Assembly (NCBI RefSeq): GCF_038025025.1
Contig: NW_027117350.1
Coordinates: 868,001-932,000 of the forward strand
Direction of reading: 5' to 3'
Source of the DNA: Phyllosticta citribraziliensis
Taxonomy: Eukaryota
Length of the DNA stretch: 64,000 nt
Each line of letters starts with the position of its first letter. Positions within the stretch are counted from its first letter, which is position 1. The notes under the pieces were generated by a model. The model ran no database searches, was not told the DNA's origin, and saw nothing but the letters and a program-made list of their open reading frames with translations. The translations under genes and the position numbers were made by a program. Positions 1 to 11,841 of this stretch are shown here, piece after piece.

Positions 1-1770
1 CTCGCTCTCCTTTCTGATGACTTTTCTTCTTTGCAGGTGATTTAGATTTCAGGGAGGAGAGGGGGCTGGATTGCTGGAGGTAGACTGCAAGTAAGTGTTT
101 GTGTGAGTGTATATGACTAGGAAGAAGAACTGTGGGCTTTCAATATCACACTATCAGACTCTTCTTCTGTGCGTGGAAAAGCTGCTCATCAGGCTTGTAG
201 AAGATGTTTGATGGGCAGAGCAGCAAAAAATGCTCCTGCTGGTGCTCAGTCAGTCAGTCAGTCAGTCATTCAGTCATTCAATCCAGACCAAACATGCCCC
301 CGTAATGCGCGCAGCGCGCACGCTTCATCTTTCACCCGCTCCTGCTGCTGCCGAGTTCCTTTGCCTCGCTCACTTGACTCGTACGACGCCGCTACATACA
401 GTGGTGAGCAGCTAGATGATTCAACCGATTGCGTCGTTGGCAGCAAGCAGGCAGGCAGGCAGGCAGGCAGCGTCAAAGTTCAACCGCCAGCTCTCCACAC
501 CAACCGCTCGACGATGAAGACGTAGTGAGACAGCACGTCCGGCGTCAAAGATGAACCGGACGGGTGAACGGCAGGCATATGATGATGTTCTTCTTTTGCC
601 TCTTCAGTCCGCTGATGTATGTATGGACATACATAGCCTCAGCAACTGCCTGGTCTACGCTCCCTCCCTGCATGCCGTACCTACCTACCTACCTACTTAC
701 TCTTTTGACCCCGCCCGTCGTCGTCGTGTCCTGACCTGACCCCCTGACTGACTGAGCGGCTGCATACCTAGGTGGTCCTCGCCATCTGACTGACCTCCAT
801 CACTCGCCTCCGCATTTTCTCCACACTATACGCCTCCCCTGGACTGGACTGGAATGCACTGGACTGGAGTATCCCGCCTCGCCTCGCCTCGCCTCGGAGT
901 AAATTCACGACGTACGAGATACGGCAATGCTGCGCCGCCACCGACCCCCAGATCACCGTCAACGGGCACTCCACACTCCACAATCCAAACTCCCCATTCG
1001 TCGACTCGTCTGTCCATCCATCGACGCACGTACACGAATAGACACTGGACTCGGTCCATCCCTGTCAACTCACCTTTCACTGTCCCCCGGTGATTCGATG
1101 GGGCACACTATGCTATGCCTACCAGGGACTGTGGGTCTGTCCGTCCGTCTGTATAGATCGCGGCCCCCCTGTTGCTGGTCATGTACGACATGGCATCGCA
1201 TGACGACACAAAGGAGGCGATGCCCTGGGTCAGGAACAGTGAAGAGGGTAGGTAGCGGAGGGAGGGGAGGGGAGGGGAGGGGAGGAGAGTGGCATTGGGT
1301 GGCATTGGGTGGCACGCACTGAGTGAGTGAGTGAGTGGCTGACTTCTCACAACGACCGTACTGGCTAGCTAGCCCCGTCGTACGCACGTACACACACGCT
1401 CCTGGTCATCAATGTACCAACAGTAGAGACCGCAATGAGTATGACGATGGACGGATCTAAATGGGTAGGTGGGCAGGCAAGTCATTCGGGTAACAGCACT
1501 AAGCAGAAGAAGACGAGGCAGAGGTGAGCCAAGGCAAGGCAAGGTAGCATGGAGACGGAGAGGGGAAGGAAAGCGAGGGTCCGTATAGTCGGAGAGATTG
1601 ATGACGCCAAATACCATCTAAGGCACGCGCGAAGCTTTTAGAGAAAAGTGAAATGGAAGAAAAGGAGAGAAAAAAGCAGGTCGTAACTTCATCGACAACA
1701 TATGCACCGTCACCTTATGCCACCAACGCCATCCATCCAGCCCACACCACAGCAGCAGCAGCAGCAGCCA

Positions 1771-3457
1771 TCACCCCGCCACCGCGCCACCCTTCTCCAA
1801 CCGCCCCTCCTCATCCTCAACGCTACTCCTCCGCTCGACGCCCAGCTTCTCCTCGTTGTGCGCCTCGCTGAACTCCTGCGGCATGGCGATCGGCCGCTTG
1901 TTGGCGAAGCGCACCGTCGCCCACACGCTGGGGCTCTCGCGGAACATGAGGTCCAGCTCCTCGAGGTTGCGGCCCATGGTCTCGGGGTAGAACAGGTAGA
2001 TGGAGATGGGGATGCACGCGCCGATGACGGCGAACACGATGTAGTAGCGCCAGCCGATGCTGTCGAGCGCGACGGGCGTGACCATGAGGACGACGAAGTT
2101 CCTGTGAGGGGCGAGGGTGGTTAGTTGGTTGTTTTGGATGACGGTTGTAGGGTAGGAGAGTGGAGATAGGAGGGAGGGCTTACCAGAGCCAGTGGTTGGC
2201 CGTCGAAATGGACGACATGGCGACGCGCAGGCGCAGTGGCGCCACCTCGGTGCAGTACAGATAGTTGGCGCCCAAGAAGCCAATGGGCACGAAGAAGTTG
2301 AACAGGTACAGGAAGACTCCGCCGGTGATCTGGGCAGGGCGGTTCTCGGCGCCAAACGACGTGGCCACGGCGAGGGCGACCATGCACGCGCTCATGCCCG
2401 CGCCCGAGATCATGAAGCAGGCGCGGCGGCCGAGCCGGTCGATGCAGTAAAAGGCGACAAAGGCGGCGACGAACTTCCACGTTAGCGCGCCCGCCGACAG
2501 GATGCGCGACTTTTCGGCGCCCATGCCCAGGTTGTTTTGGAAGAGGATGGTCGTGTAGACCGAGACGAGGTTGGTGCCGCTGAGCTGCTGGTAGAACTGC
2601 AGCATGATGCACAGCCCGAAGCGGTACAGCAGCTTGTCCTCGCCCATGCGCAGCATGTCGGTCAGCTTGGCCGCGCTCTTGGCCGTCTGCTCCGACGACA
2701 TTTCGATGCCTTGGAGCTCCGACGTCACTTCGATCGAGTCGTCGTCCAGGCCCCTGACGGCCGAGATGGCGGCGCGCGCCTCGGACACGCGGCCCATGCG
2801 GACCAGCCAGCGCGGCGACTCGGGCAGGAAGTAGATGGAGGCCATGAGGACGAGCGAGAAGAAGATGGAAATGGCAATGGGCGGCCGCCAGGTGACGGAG
2901 CCCGTCTTGAACTCGTAGAAGCCCAGGTCGATCCAGGACTCGAGGACGTAGCCGAGGATGCAAAAGAGGCCGTCGAGGACGACGTGCCGGCCGCGGTTCT
3001 GCGCGTCCGACGTCTCGCTCTGCCACACGGGCACGCAGGCCGACAGGTTGCCGACGCCGAAGCCCAGGACGATGCGACCGACGATGAATTGGGCCAGCGA
3101 GAAGGACGAGGCCTCGAGGATGGAGCCGATGAGGGAGCACACGGCGGCCCAGAAGATGACATGGCGGCGGCCAAACTTGTCTCCAGTGTAGCTGCACGAC
3201 AGAGCGCCGACCATGGCACCGAGGGTCAGCGTGGCCACGACGACACCTTGGATGGTCGAGTGCTGGCTCTTGGTGGAGCCTATGGTGTTTGTCGTGTCAA
3301 TCTCTGGGAACGTCTTGTTCCAGTCATCTTCGGTGATGAGACCGCCGAGGCCGGCCTGATTGTAGCCAAAGATGATGAAAGCAGGGGCAACGATAAAGGC
3401 AATCTGGGCGGTGCTGAGGGACTTGCCCTGCATGCCCATAAAGGTGTGTGTGCCCAT
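1771..3457 (-). CDS. MFS sugar (sugar-porter family) transporter, STL1-like; 534 aa; join(3457..2184,2101..1771)
   Basis: Sugar-porter motifs FGYNQAG, GDKFGRR, PVWQSE, LPESPRWL, QQLSG, IDRLGRR, YPETMGRNLEE. 82-nt intron 2183..2102 (GTAAGC...CTAAC...CAG) restores HWLW-NFVV in frame. The ORF-track start (3640) is a non-ATG over-extension. Confidence 0.93.
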
Positions 3458-3540
3458 TGCGGTGGAAGTGATGGGGGAGAAAAGGGAGCCGGGGAAAGGG
3501 ACAAGAGCTGAGCTAGAGACGGCGGTCAACTTGGGGAGCC

Positions 3541-3550
3541 ATTTTTTATA
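3541..3550 (-). promoter_or_regulatory. TATA box of the sugar transporter
   Basis: TATAAAAAAT on the minus strand about 90 nt upstream of the ATG at 3457. Confidence 0.6.
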
Positions 3551-4057
3551 GGATTCCCAGACGAGGGACAGACAATCCAGGGCGCCGTCATCTGGGCCAT
3601 CAGCGTCGGCAGCATGCAAGCAAGCCCGCACAGAGGGCAACGTGATCGCAGCTCAGACCACGCCCGGCGTCCCTTCTTGAAGCATGGCATGGCTGCAGCC
3701 ACGCCACGGGGCGGGCATGGGATGAAGGTCCATGGGCGGCCAAGGGGAGATCGGTGGCTCTTCGGATGGCTTGGAGCCGCATATCCGTCATGTGCGGGCG
3801 AGTGTTGAGGGAGGGGTGATGACTGCGACGGTGGTTGTAAAATGATGGACCTGCCAAGCGCGACAAGCTCAGTCCAAGGCCGGACAAGCTTCACGCACGG
3901 CAAATCAGCGGGTCCCCTGCACATTGGCGACACTGCACGGCAGACGTACGGTCAACAACACATGTCGTTGATGAAGCTTTTCGTCCATGTTTTCGCGCTC
4001 CAACGGCGCGGCGGCGACGGGCTGGTGGCAGCAGCGGTTCGGCGCAGCCATGAGGCG

Positions 4058-4440
4058 CTCCGGGAAGGATTCTGCTGGACGGGTGCAACCTTGTACCGTG
4101 CGTGAAAGGCGTCGTCTTCTTCATGTCATCAGGTGGTTCGAGCAGCGCTCGGATTTCCTGATTCGGCGCTGGGGTAAGCGGCTCTCCACCGTCAGAGGCA
4201 TCGCGGCGCTGGCAATTGGGCGGAAATGGGACGTCGGTGTCGTCGCAGTGGGGCGGGCGTCTCCGGATTCCTGGCGGACCCACAGCCGCTCGAAGCGGAA
4301 ATGCTGCCGCCCAGGCCACGAAAACGCGACGAAAAGCAGTCGGGGACTTGGGGTGTTCCCACGGGGTAGAAATGCGGAGGAGGACCGCGGGGTTGCAAAA
4401 CAGCGTCAAAAGCGGCCAAGGGCCCCCCAGAAATCCCCAG
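4058..4440. promoter_or_regulatory. Cluster of SYGGRG (CreA/Mig1-type) sites upstream of the sugar transporter
   Basis: At least 9 matches on both strands (about 4058, 4169, 4184, 4248, 4261, 4374, 4387, 4425, 4435), 0.6-1.0 kb upstream of the ATG. A short motif in GC-rich DNA, so partly expected by chance. Confidence 0.35.
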
Positions 4441-5693
4441 ATTCCTCTGGCAATCCCGCCGCGCCGTCATGACCAGCGACCTGGGAGCCCGCCGACGTCA
4501 ATGGAGATGGTGGAAGAGGCAGGCCCACCGACGTCGGAAGCGGATTTGGCCTGGCCTGGCCTGCTCTGGGCTTGGGCTTGGGCCGTCGGCATCCTCTTTT
4601 TCATCCATTGCCATAACACCACTACGTACGTCACTTCAGCCGCGCGCTTACTCTGTCGATATGACCACCCCAATACTTGCCGCAAATGCTTGCCGGTAGA
4701 CAACCTAACGCCTGACGTGGAAATCATATCCCACCTCACTCACCAGTCACCACCTCTCGTCACTCCCTCACACTATGACTACAGCTATCGGACTGACGAG
4801 CATCCCCCGTCGGCCATCTCTCGGCCCGGCCGTCAACACCACCAGGTCCTGCCTTGTTGGCCAGGACCCTTTGCTTCTCCACCCACCCACCAGACGCGCC
4901 AAACAAGCCGTGACAAAAAATTTTGCTTCGCCGTGACTCCTACTTATTACCACGCCGAAACGCCGTCTCCTTATCTTTTGCTCCTTTTGGTTTCTTTCTC
5001 CTCTGTCGAAGCTTCTTGTTGACCCCCCCAATTTCTGTTTGTTGACTTTTCAATATTTTTTGTGCTGTCGTGCTCCACACGCGCACACCGCGCATCCAGA
5101 GTGCCGGTTTGCCGTCCGTCCGTCTCGGCCTCGGACTTGTAGCACCGTCCTGCCCGCCGCCCCGATATCTAGTCACCAGCTCATCGGCAGACCGCATACA
5201 TACATGTGCCTTTCGTGCGAGAAGCACCAGCGGGACAAAAAAAAAAAAAAAAATTTGGATGAGCCAAGCCAAGACGTCTTGGCCGGCTCCTATGCATTGG
5301 CTGTTGTGGCGACGTCCAGAACAGTCGAGAAGAAGGCAAAATTCGCAACTGTGTGTGTCAACAATAAGCTGACGACGCTGTGCTGTGCTATGGTTCGGTT
5401 GGCTTCTTTCGGCTATCTACGGTGGGTGGTCGTCGGCGTGAATAACCTCAGCCCAAAACACACTCACCAGCCAGCCAGCCAGCCAGCCCGATGATGCCTT
5501 TCGGGTCGTACCAACCAACAAGCCCCGTCTCGAGTCACAGCAACTTGACGGACGGCTCGGGCCGAGTCGGTGCCGTGTGGACTGAACTACTGTACGCCCT
5601 GTCTGCCCTGTCCTGCCCTGCCCTGCCCTGAGCTAGCTAGGATTCCGTCCGTCAGCTGCCTTGCATGCAACCAAGCGCCACAGAGTACTTCCA

Positions 5694-5742
5694 GACACAC
5701 ACACATACACATACATACATACATACATACATACATACATAC
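5694..5742. repeat. (CA)n/(CATA)n microsatellite
   Basis: acacacacacatacacatacatacatacatacatacatacatac seen directly. Confidence 0.9.
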
Positions 5743-7105
5743 CGCGCGTCTTACCAATCGCCCTCGTCTCTACAAGGCTACATGTCGCGACCAATGGGCC
5801 TTATCATCGCTCTCCTCATCATCCTCCCGTCCCTGCCCGGCTTTGTGACGAGTATTTTGCAAGGTCTGGCGTGCTGGCGCTGGCTGAGCTGACAAACAGC
5901 CAGCCAGCCACCCAGACTGACAGACTGACAGACAAGGAGAGAAAGAGAGAGAGATATGAAGATAGCGAAGACTCCACGCGACGCGCAGACGAGGTGACGA
6001 CGACGCTACATACAATGCTCCGCTGCGTATGTGTGTAGACCCATACATATATGCAGACAAGTGGACTGCCCTGGCTCGATAGCATCATCTGGCCCGTGAT
6101 TGGGCGCGGAGAGCTGGCGCATGCTTGGAATCCATCAGAAAAAGAAAGAAAAAAGCATGGTTTTACGCCGTTGATTTTCGCATAGTGGTACGTACGAGCG
6201 CGCACGAACGACCGAGCTCCTGAAACCTCCTGCTTCTGATTTTGCTTTCACAGTATGTACTGGGACTGCGCTGGGCTGTGTGTAGGCGAGCGGGTGAGCG
6301 AGTGAGCGGTCTGATGTAAGTTGACGCAAGCCAATGGCCGGTGAGAGAGGGATGAAACAATAACGACACCAGCTAGCCCCACCACTACCACCACCACCGC
6401 CGGCGGCGTGTTCTCCTGCGTCGAGTACGTGCTCGCTGTACATGCCTAGTCGGTGTGGTGTGGTGTGGTGTAGTGTGCTCTCGCTCCCTGCTCTCCTCTC
6501 CTCTCCTCTTCGCGTGCAGCGACAATATTCATGCATGTGTTGCGTTGCGTGGCCATCGCTGCTCTTTCTCTCAATGTGGTGGATCGACAATGGGCGTCTC
6601 TGCCGCCCGTCACTGCCACTCCATTATAGCCATAGCCATGTGGTGATGGTGAAGTCTCGCTTCATAGTTCAGCCTCGGGTGTGACGGGACGGTCGGGCGT
6701 GGTGCCCCTTCCTCTCTGCTCCGTTGGATTGGTTACCCGCGCCTGTCTTTCTTTCTCCTCCTCATTGATGCTTGCGGAGAGCGCTGGCGGCGTTGTGCAT
6801 TCTCCTGATACCGGAGACGAATGATGCTGTAGTGACGTGGACGGCAATGTGGTGGTGGATTTGGAGGCGGATGGACGAGCAGCTGGGCGAGCAGAGCAAT
6901 TTTGGTATTTTGCCATGACTGCAACGCTGATACGGAAGTGAAGACAGGCAGTGACAAGCCATTCGTTCTCTACGTGAGAGGGTGAGCCGCCTCCCTGGCA
7001 TGTTTCCTGCCGACTAAAGTTTGCTTTGGACGGGTTGGTACATTCAGTTCTCGAACCTCGCAATCCAGCGTCGTCCACTGCTCAACCTGTCGGTTTGCCC
7101 CCGTC

Positions 7106-9431
7106 TTACCTCGGCCCTGCTTGCGCTGTACCCGTGCCCTCTGTCTCTTGCTGCAGCTGCTGCTGCTGCTCATCTTCTTCTCTCTCCTCGTCACCTCCCT
7201 CACCCCGACTCTCCAGATCCAACTCCGTCTCTACGTCGCGGCGACCGCGTCCACGACACAATCCACCCCGCTCTCTCGCACTCAGCGCCTTCCCCCTCCT
7301 CAACCCCGTCCACGCCCTCGCCTCGCCGCTGCCAGCAGTCCGCCGTCGCCCCAGCCCGCGCACAACGTCTCTTGGACACGGCACATCGCCCGCGGCAACA
7401 CCGACACCGAGACTCGTCGCGCGCCTCGCCAGGCCGAGCGGGAATGGCGGCGGTGGCGGCGGCGCTCCAGCCCCAGCAGCGAGGGCGTCAGACGCGGCGT
7501 CAGGCGCGGCGTCAGGCGCGGCGTCAGGACGCAGCGGCAGCGACGCCACGCGCGGCAGAGGCGGCAGGGGAGGCAGATCCAGGGGCAGCAGGCTCTGCGG
7601 CGCCGAGATGGTCGTGGTCGAGCTGCTAGCGCTGGAGCTGCCTCTGTCTCTCTCTCTGTCTCTCCGCGCGCTGCCTCTGCTGCAGCGCCGCCGCGCCGCG
7701 TGCCGGCTCGTCGGACTGCCGTTGGAGTCGTCCTCGCCCGTCGTCGTCGTCCCGGCTGCGGATGGGGATGTTGGACTGTGGATGGACGCGCCCGAGTGCG
7801 CTGACCCGCGCCTCATGGCTCTCTTCTCGGCGCGCTTGGCTCTCGCTGCTGCGCGCGCTTCGGCTCGCGCTTCGGCTTTGGCGCTGCGCTTGGAGAGCGA
7901 CTCGCCCCTCTCGCGCCGGAACTTTTGGTGATGGAGATGACTGTGCGCTCTGGGTGTTGGGGTTGACGGCGTCGACGAGGCAGAGTGACGAGGAGCGGGA
8001 TCTGTAGGCGTCGTATCTGCCGTCGTTGATGTTGGCAGCTTGCTAGGGTCCGGCGTGGAGCGGCCCGTCGTGTCTGTCGCGCTGCTCTCGCGGTCCGTCG
8101 CGCTGTCCATTTGCTCGCTGCCCAGCTCGTCGATGAGACGGGGTAATGGAACTGAGGGGATCGGCGGACGCGTCTCCAGACGCGGGTCAGGCTGGGGCCG
8201 GGCGCTGGTGAAGGAGCTGAATGCTTTGTTCATGGCTGCAGAAAGGGGGTCTGGAGACGGGGTACGCGAGGAGGGGAACGGGGGCGATGGGGATGGTGAA
8301 GGGGAACGAGAGGCAAAAGAGGACGGGTCTGCTGAGAGGGTTGGGCTGCCGCTGGGCGAGATGTTGGGTTGCGTACTAAAAGGACTGGGAGAACGAGAGG
8401 AGCTAGGGGATCGAGAAGTGATGGACTCGTCGGCTGGAAAAGACCAAGGCGTTTGCGAGTGCGGTGGCAGAGGCGGCTCGTATGCTGGGGGTGGATCTGT
8501 GTACGTGGGGGTAACGAATCCGCCGTCTCCCCCTTGATGGGTACCCAAAGCCTCCTGGTCTGCTTCTACAGCTGCTGAGGTTGAAGCATTCTCCACTACT
8601 TGGCAAGGCTCCTTCTCTGATCCTCGCGCCGTCTTGACAGAGTCGTCCCCTTCATTCTCTGGGACGTCGTCCAAGCCCGGCGACTTTGGACGAGCTTTCT
8701 GGCCTGCGGCGCTCAACAGCACCCTTCGATATGCCTTGGAATTGACCACCTCATCGTCAAACGAGAATTCGGTGGAACTGACGACGGAGGCTCCGTCGCC
8801 GAGTGCGCTGTCGGCATCCTCCTTGTGTCCTAGCACCGATTCAGGCACGTCTACTTCTGGATGCGCCTTGCGGAGCGCGTTGGCCTCGGCCTCTGACTTG
8901 ACAACGTCGCCCGACTTGTCGTGCAAAAAGTGACGCAGGTCTGACAGCGATTCCCTGCCACGCGTCTGTCAGTGTTGGATGTTCAAACCGTTTCGAGACT
9001 TACATTTGCAGCGACTGCAACAGCAGCGCAATGGCGCCCTGCTGTCCACGCAGCTTTTGCAGCAAGTCATTCATAATGTCTTCCTTCCACAGATATTTCG
9101 CCTTGACCCTCCAACCGAAGTTCGCGCCGTCTCTGGCCGATTTGGCGAGTTTGCTCGTCTCGTGCTCCAAGCAGGACAGCGCGACATTGCATCCCGTGAC
9201 GGCCGTGTCGAAAATGTCGCGCAGCTCGTCGTCAAACTGGTAGCCCTTGGCGTGGTCCTTTTCCAAAAGCCGTTGGACCCGCGACAGGGAAGCCCGCACG
9301 ACTTCGGTTTCGTTGCAGATGGCGTCAATGGTGGCCGCGGCGTCTTTGTACTTGGCGCGCAGATCGTGGAGCTCCTTGCTGACGCTCACGGCTTTACACG
9401 ACAGGCTGATGACGGCGGCGGCGAACTCCAT
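7106..9431 (-). CDS. Protein with fungal STAND N-terminal (HeLo-like) helical domain and long Ser/Pro-rich disordered tail; about 758 aa; join(9431..9004,8954..7106)
   Basis: N-terminus MEFAAAVISLSCKAVSVSKELHDL...W..KAKYLWKEDIMNDLLQKLRGQQGAIALLLQSLQ and the downstream FSFDDEVVNSKAYRR motif resemble this family. 49-nt intron 9003..8955 (GTAAGT...CTGAC...CAG) joins the two ORFs in frame. 3' end uncertain because the stop overlaps a GTAAG. Confidence 0.75.
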
Positions 9432-11036
9432 GTTCCCAACTTGTGTCGTCGTCCACTGGAGCGGAGAATGGCGGAAACATCAATCTCGGTCCAGCAATCG
9501 ATGCAGAGGACCAGTAAGTTGGAAGCGGGTGCGTAGATTCAAGCAGTCTGGGCGCTGTCGAGTTTCCAAGGGGTCGCCGTGTGTAGGGCCAATGTATTCA
9601 TTCTTTCTAGTCCAGGCCTCAGTGACAGCAACCCCGCGCCTCTTTAGGCCAAGTCCTGCCCTTCCCGTGCGTATGGCGTTTGCCTCGGTCGGGACGGAAA
9701 GCTTGTTCATCATGTGCGCAGGCCAGCATGTTGGGCCTCCAACGCGGGTGCGAGGAGAGTCGCAATGGACTCAGCTGTTTGCGTGGGCGACATTTTGCAA
9801 GGAAAGCCGGATGGGCGTCGTCGTGAGCGTGTAGCGCGTGGGTGGGCTTTTCAGGCATCCAATCCCATCGGCTGTCGCACCGCCACTGCAGCCAGCCACT
9901 GGCGCCTCCCGCTCATCAACAACGTGAACCGTTCAACACAACGCACCTCTAGTCCACCACAGCCATTCTTGTGGAGCGGCCCGTCAACATCAACTCCTGG
10001 GCATCAAACAAACATACTCTCAATCCCTGTCGACCGTCGGGCCGTAAGGAGCAAGATCTCTGGTCGAACGTCTGCGCCGAATTTCCCAAGAGTTTTGTCG
10101 AAGAATCCCATCCACAAAATCCGATTGCTCTGGCGTTGCAGGATCCAAAAAGGTTCGGGACGTGACGGAGCGAAAGCCATGAAAACATCTTTTGAGCTCG
10201 CCCCGCCGTTCCAACGGCATCCCACGGATGAGGACCGTCTCACCGTCACCTCCAAGTCGTCAGCACCTCTTCAACGCCCATGACAAAGGGAAACATGACG
10301 GCCTTTCAGGGGCCACCTCGCTACTTCGTTTCGTGAGCGCTGCGGCCGTATGTCGACTATTTGACTTGTCAAGCCGAGCTCAGAATATGAAAGTACGAAT
10401 TCCCGCTTCCAACTCTCTGACAGTCTCAGACTTTTCTCGTGCTGGCCATCTCCTTTCGATCCCCCTTTCATTTGTGTCACGGTCGAGCAGTGAACAGAAA
10501 CTGGCGACAGGCAACACTGTTTCATATGCATCTATCAACGTTGACACTTTTTCGTCAAGTCGCCAGCATTCGAGATGTCTGCTCGTCCAGGACACACTTC
10601 CTGAACGTGTTTGGCCGTTCGGAACCGCATCAGTAAGATGTCTGGCCACCTCCGTTTCGAAATACAGCTGAGCAATGCTATCCCCTTTCCTCTCCTATCT
10701 TTTCCACTGCACAGTTTAATCGCCGGCGCTTGCAAAAGCCACGCAAAGCTTACGGCTCGAAGCCATCAAATCTTCAGCATGAGAAAAACCTCGTTCCACG
10801 TTCAGACGCAGGAAAACGTCTGCAAGACAATCTAGTTGGCGCCGAATGAAAGCGCAACTCAGAAGACTATTTCCTCGCCGCCGAACCTGCTCAGAGCACC
10901 GCCTACAGAGGGGGGAAATCACAAGCAGAGTTGGCTTTTTGCGACGCATAATGAGTCACCTTCAGCCGCCGCCGCTCCTGCTGTCGTTGTCGTCAACGTT
11001 GTCATCGTCAGACCTACAGGATAATTGTGACACGAC

Positions 11037-11037
11037 G

Positions 11038-11068
<31 letters not shown>

Positions 11069-11089
11069 CCCATCCATCCCATCCATCCC
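11037..11089. repeat. (CCAT)n/(CCCAT)n microsatellite
   Basis: Seen directly. Confidence 0.85.
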
Positions 11090-11137
11090 ACCGCCGCAGC
11101 CCTCCCTGCCATCATCACGTTTGCCCACCCGTCCGCT

Positions 11138-11186
11138 CCACGGCGTAGCGTGGACCACGGCGTAGCGTGGACCGCGGCGTGCGTAG
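11138..11186. repeat. 17-bp tandem repeat CCACGGCGTAGCGTGGA x about 2.8
   Basis: Two perfect copies (11138-11154, 11155-11171) and one degenerate copy. Each unit contains the inverted repeat CCACG-N6-CGTGG. Confidence 0.85.
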
Positions 11187-11371
11187 AATGCCACTGATGA
11201 TTGTGACGGCCGACAGACGATAGATGGGTATAAGACGACGCAGCAGCACCATGCCACGCCATGCTGCATCGCAGACCAGAACTCCTCCACAAACACTCCC
11301 AACGCCGTAACCAAAGTTGCTCCTGCTTTCCAACCTACCTACCCATCATCATCATCCAACGACCCCCCACC

Positions 11372-11841
11372 ATGCGCTACATCCTCTACCTCGTCGCTGG
11401 CGCCACCGTGCTGGCAGCAAGTCCTGTGTTTGCTGTGCGTCCTGTCTCATTTTCTCCCCCTCCTTTCCTTCTCGCCTCTTTCTCCCTTCCTCTTCGCCTC
11501 GGCAATGTAATGTAATGTGTCTTTCTGACCACGACAGACCGCCGCACCCAATCCCATCCCCAACGCCCTCCCATCAACCCTCCGCACGCGCGCTCGCCAG
11601 GCCGCCGCCTCGACGCCCACCGCCGCCGCCGCCACGCCCGCTGCGACAGGGGCGACGTGCTTCGACGACGGCGATTGCATTCTTTCGGTAAGCAGCCAAA
11701 GTCTTGGTTGATGTACAGTCGAAGCTGATCGCTGACACTCCCTCTCTCCGCGCGCGCGAGCAGGGCGGCACGTGCATGAAAACGGGGCTCATTCTGGGAA
11801 ACTGCGCGGGCAAGGGGAGCGTGTTGGATGGGGTGGTGTAG
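11372..11841 (+). CDS. Small secreted cysteine-rich protein, 96 aa; join(11372..11434,11538..11687,11764..11841)
   Basis: CACCATG start. Exon 1 is a signal-peptide-like MRYILYLVAGATVLAASPVFA. Two phase-0 introns (GTGCGT...CTGAC...CAG; GTAAGC...CTGAC...CAG). The product ends in CFDDGDCILSGGTCMKTGLILGNCAGKGSVLDGVV*. TATAAG lies about 140 nt upstream. Confidence 0.78.

Noticed and set aside
1..120. Possible exon (TTGCAG|...|GTAAGT, 37-90) of a gene upstream of the window
   Set aside because: Too short and lacking context; no recognisable peptide.
2121..3511. 358-aa alternate-frame and 324-aa antisense ORFs over the sugar transporter
   Set aside because: Arg/Pro- or Val/Ala-rich shadows typical of GC-rich CDS.
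11138..11186. CRISPR-like reading of the palindromic 17-mers
   Set aside because: No spacers, fewer than three copies, eukaryotic context.
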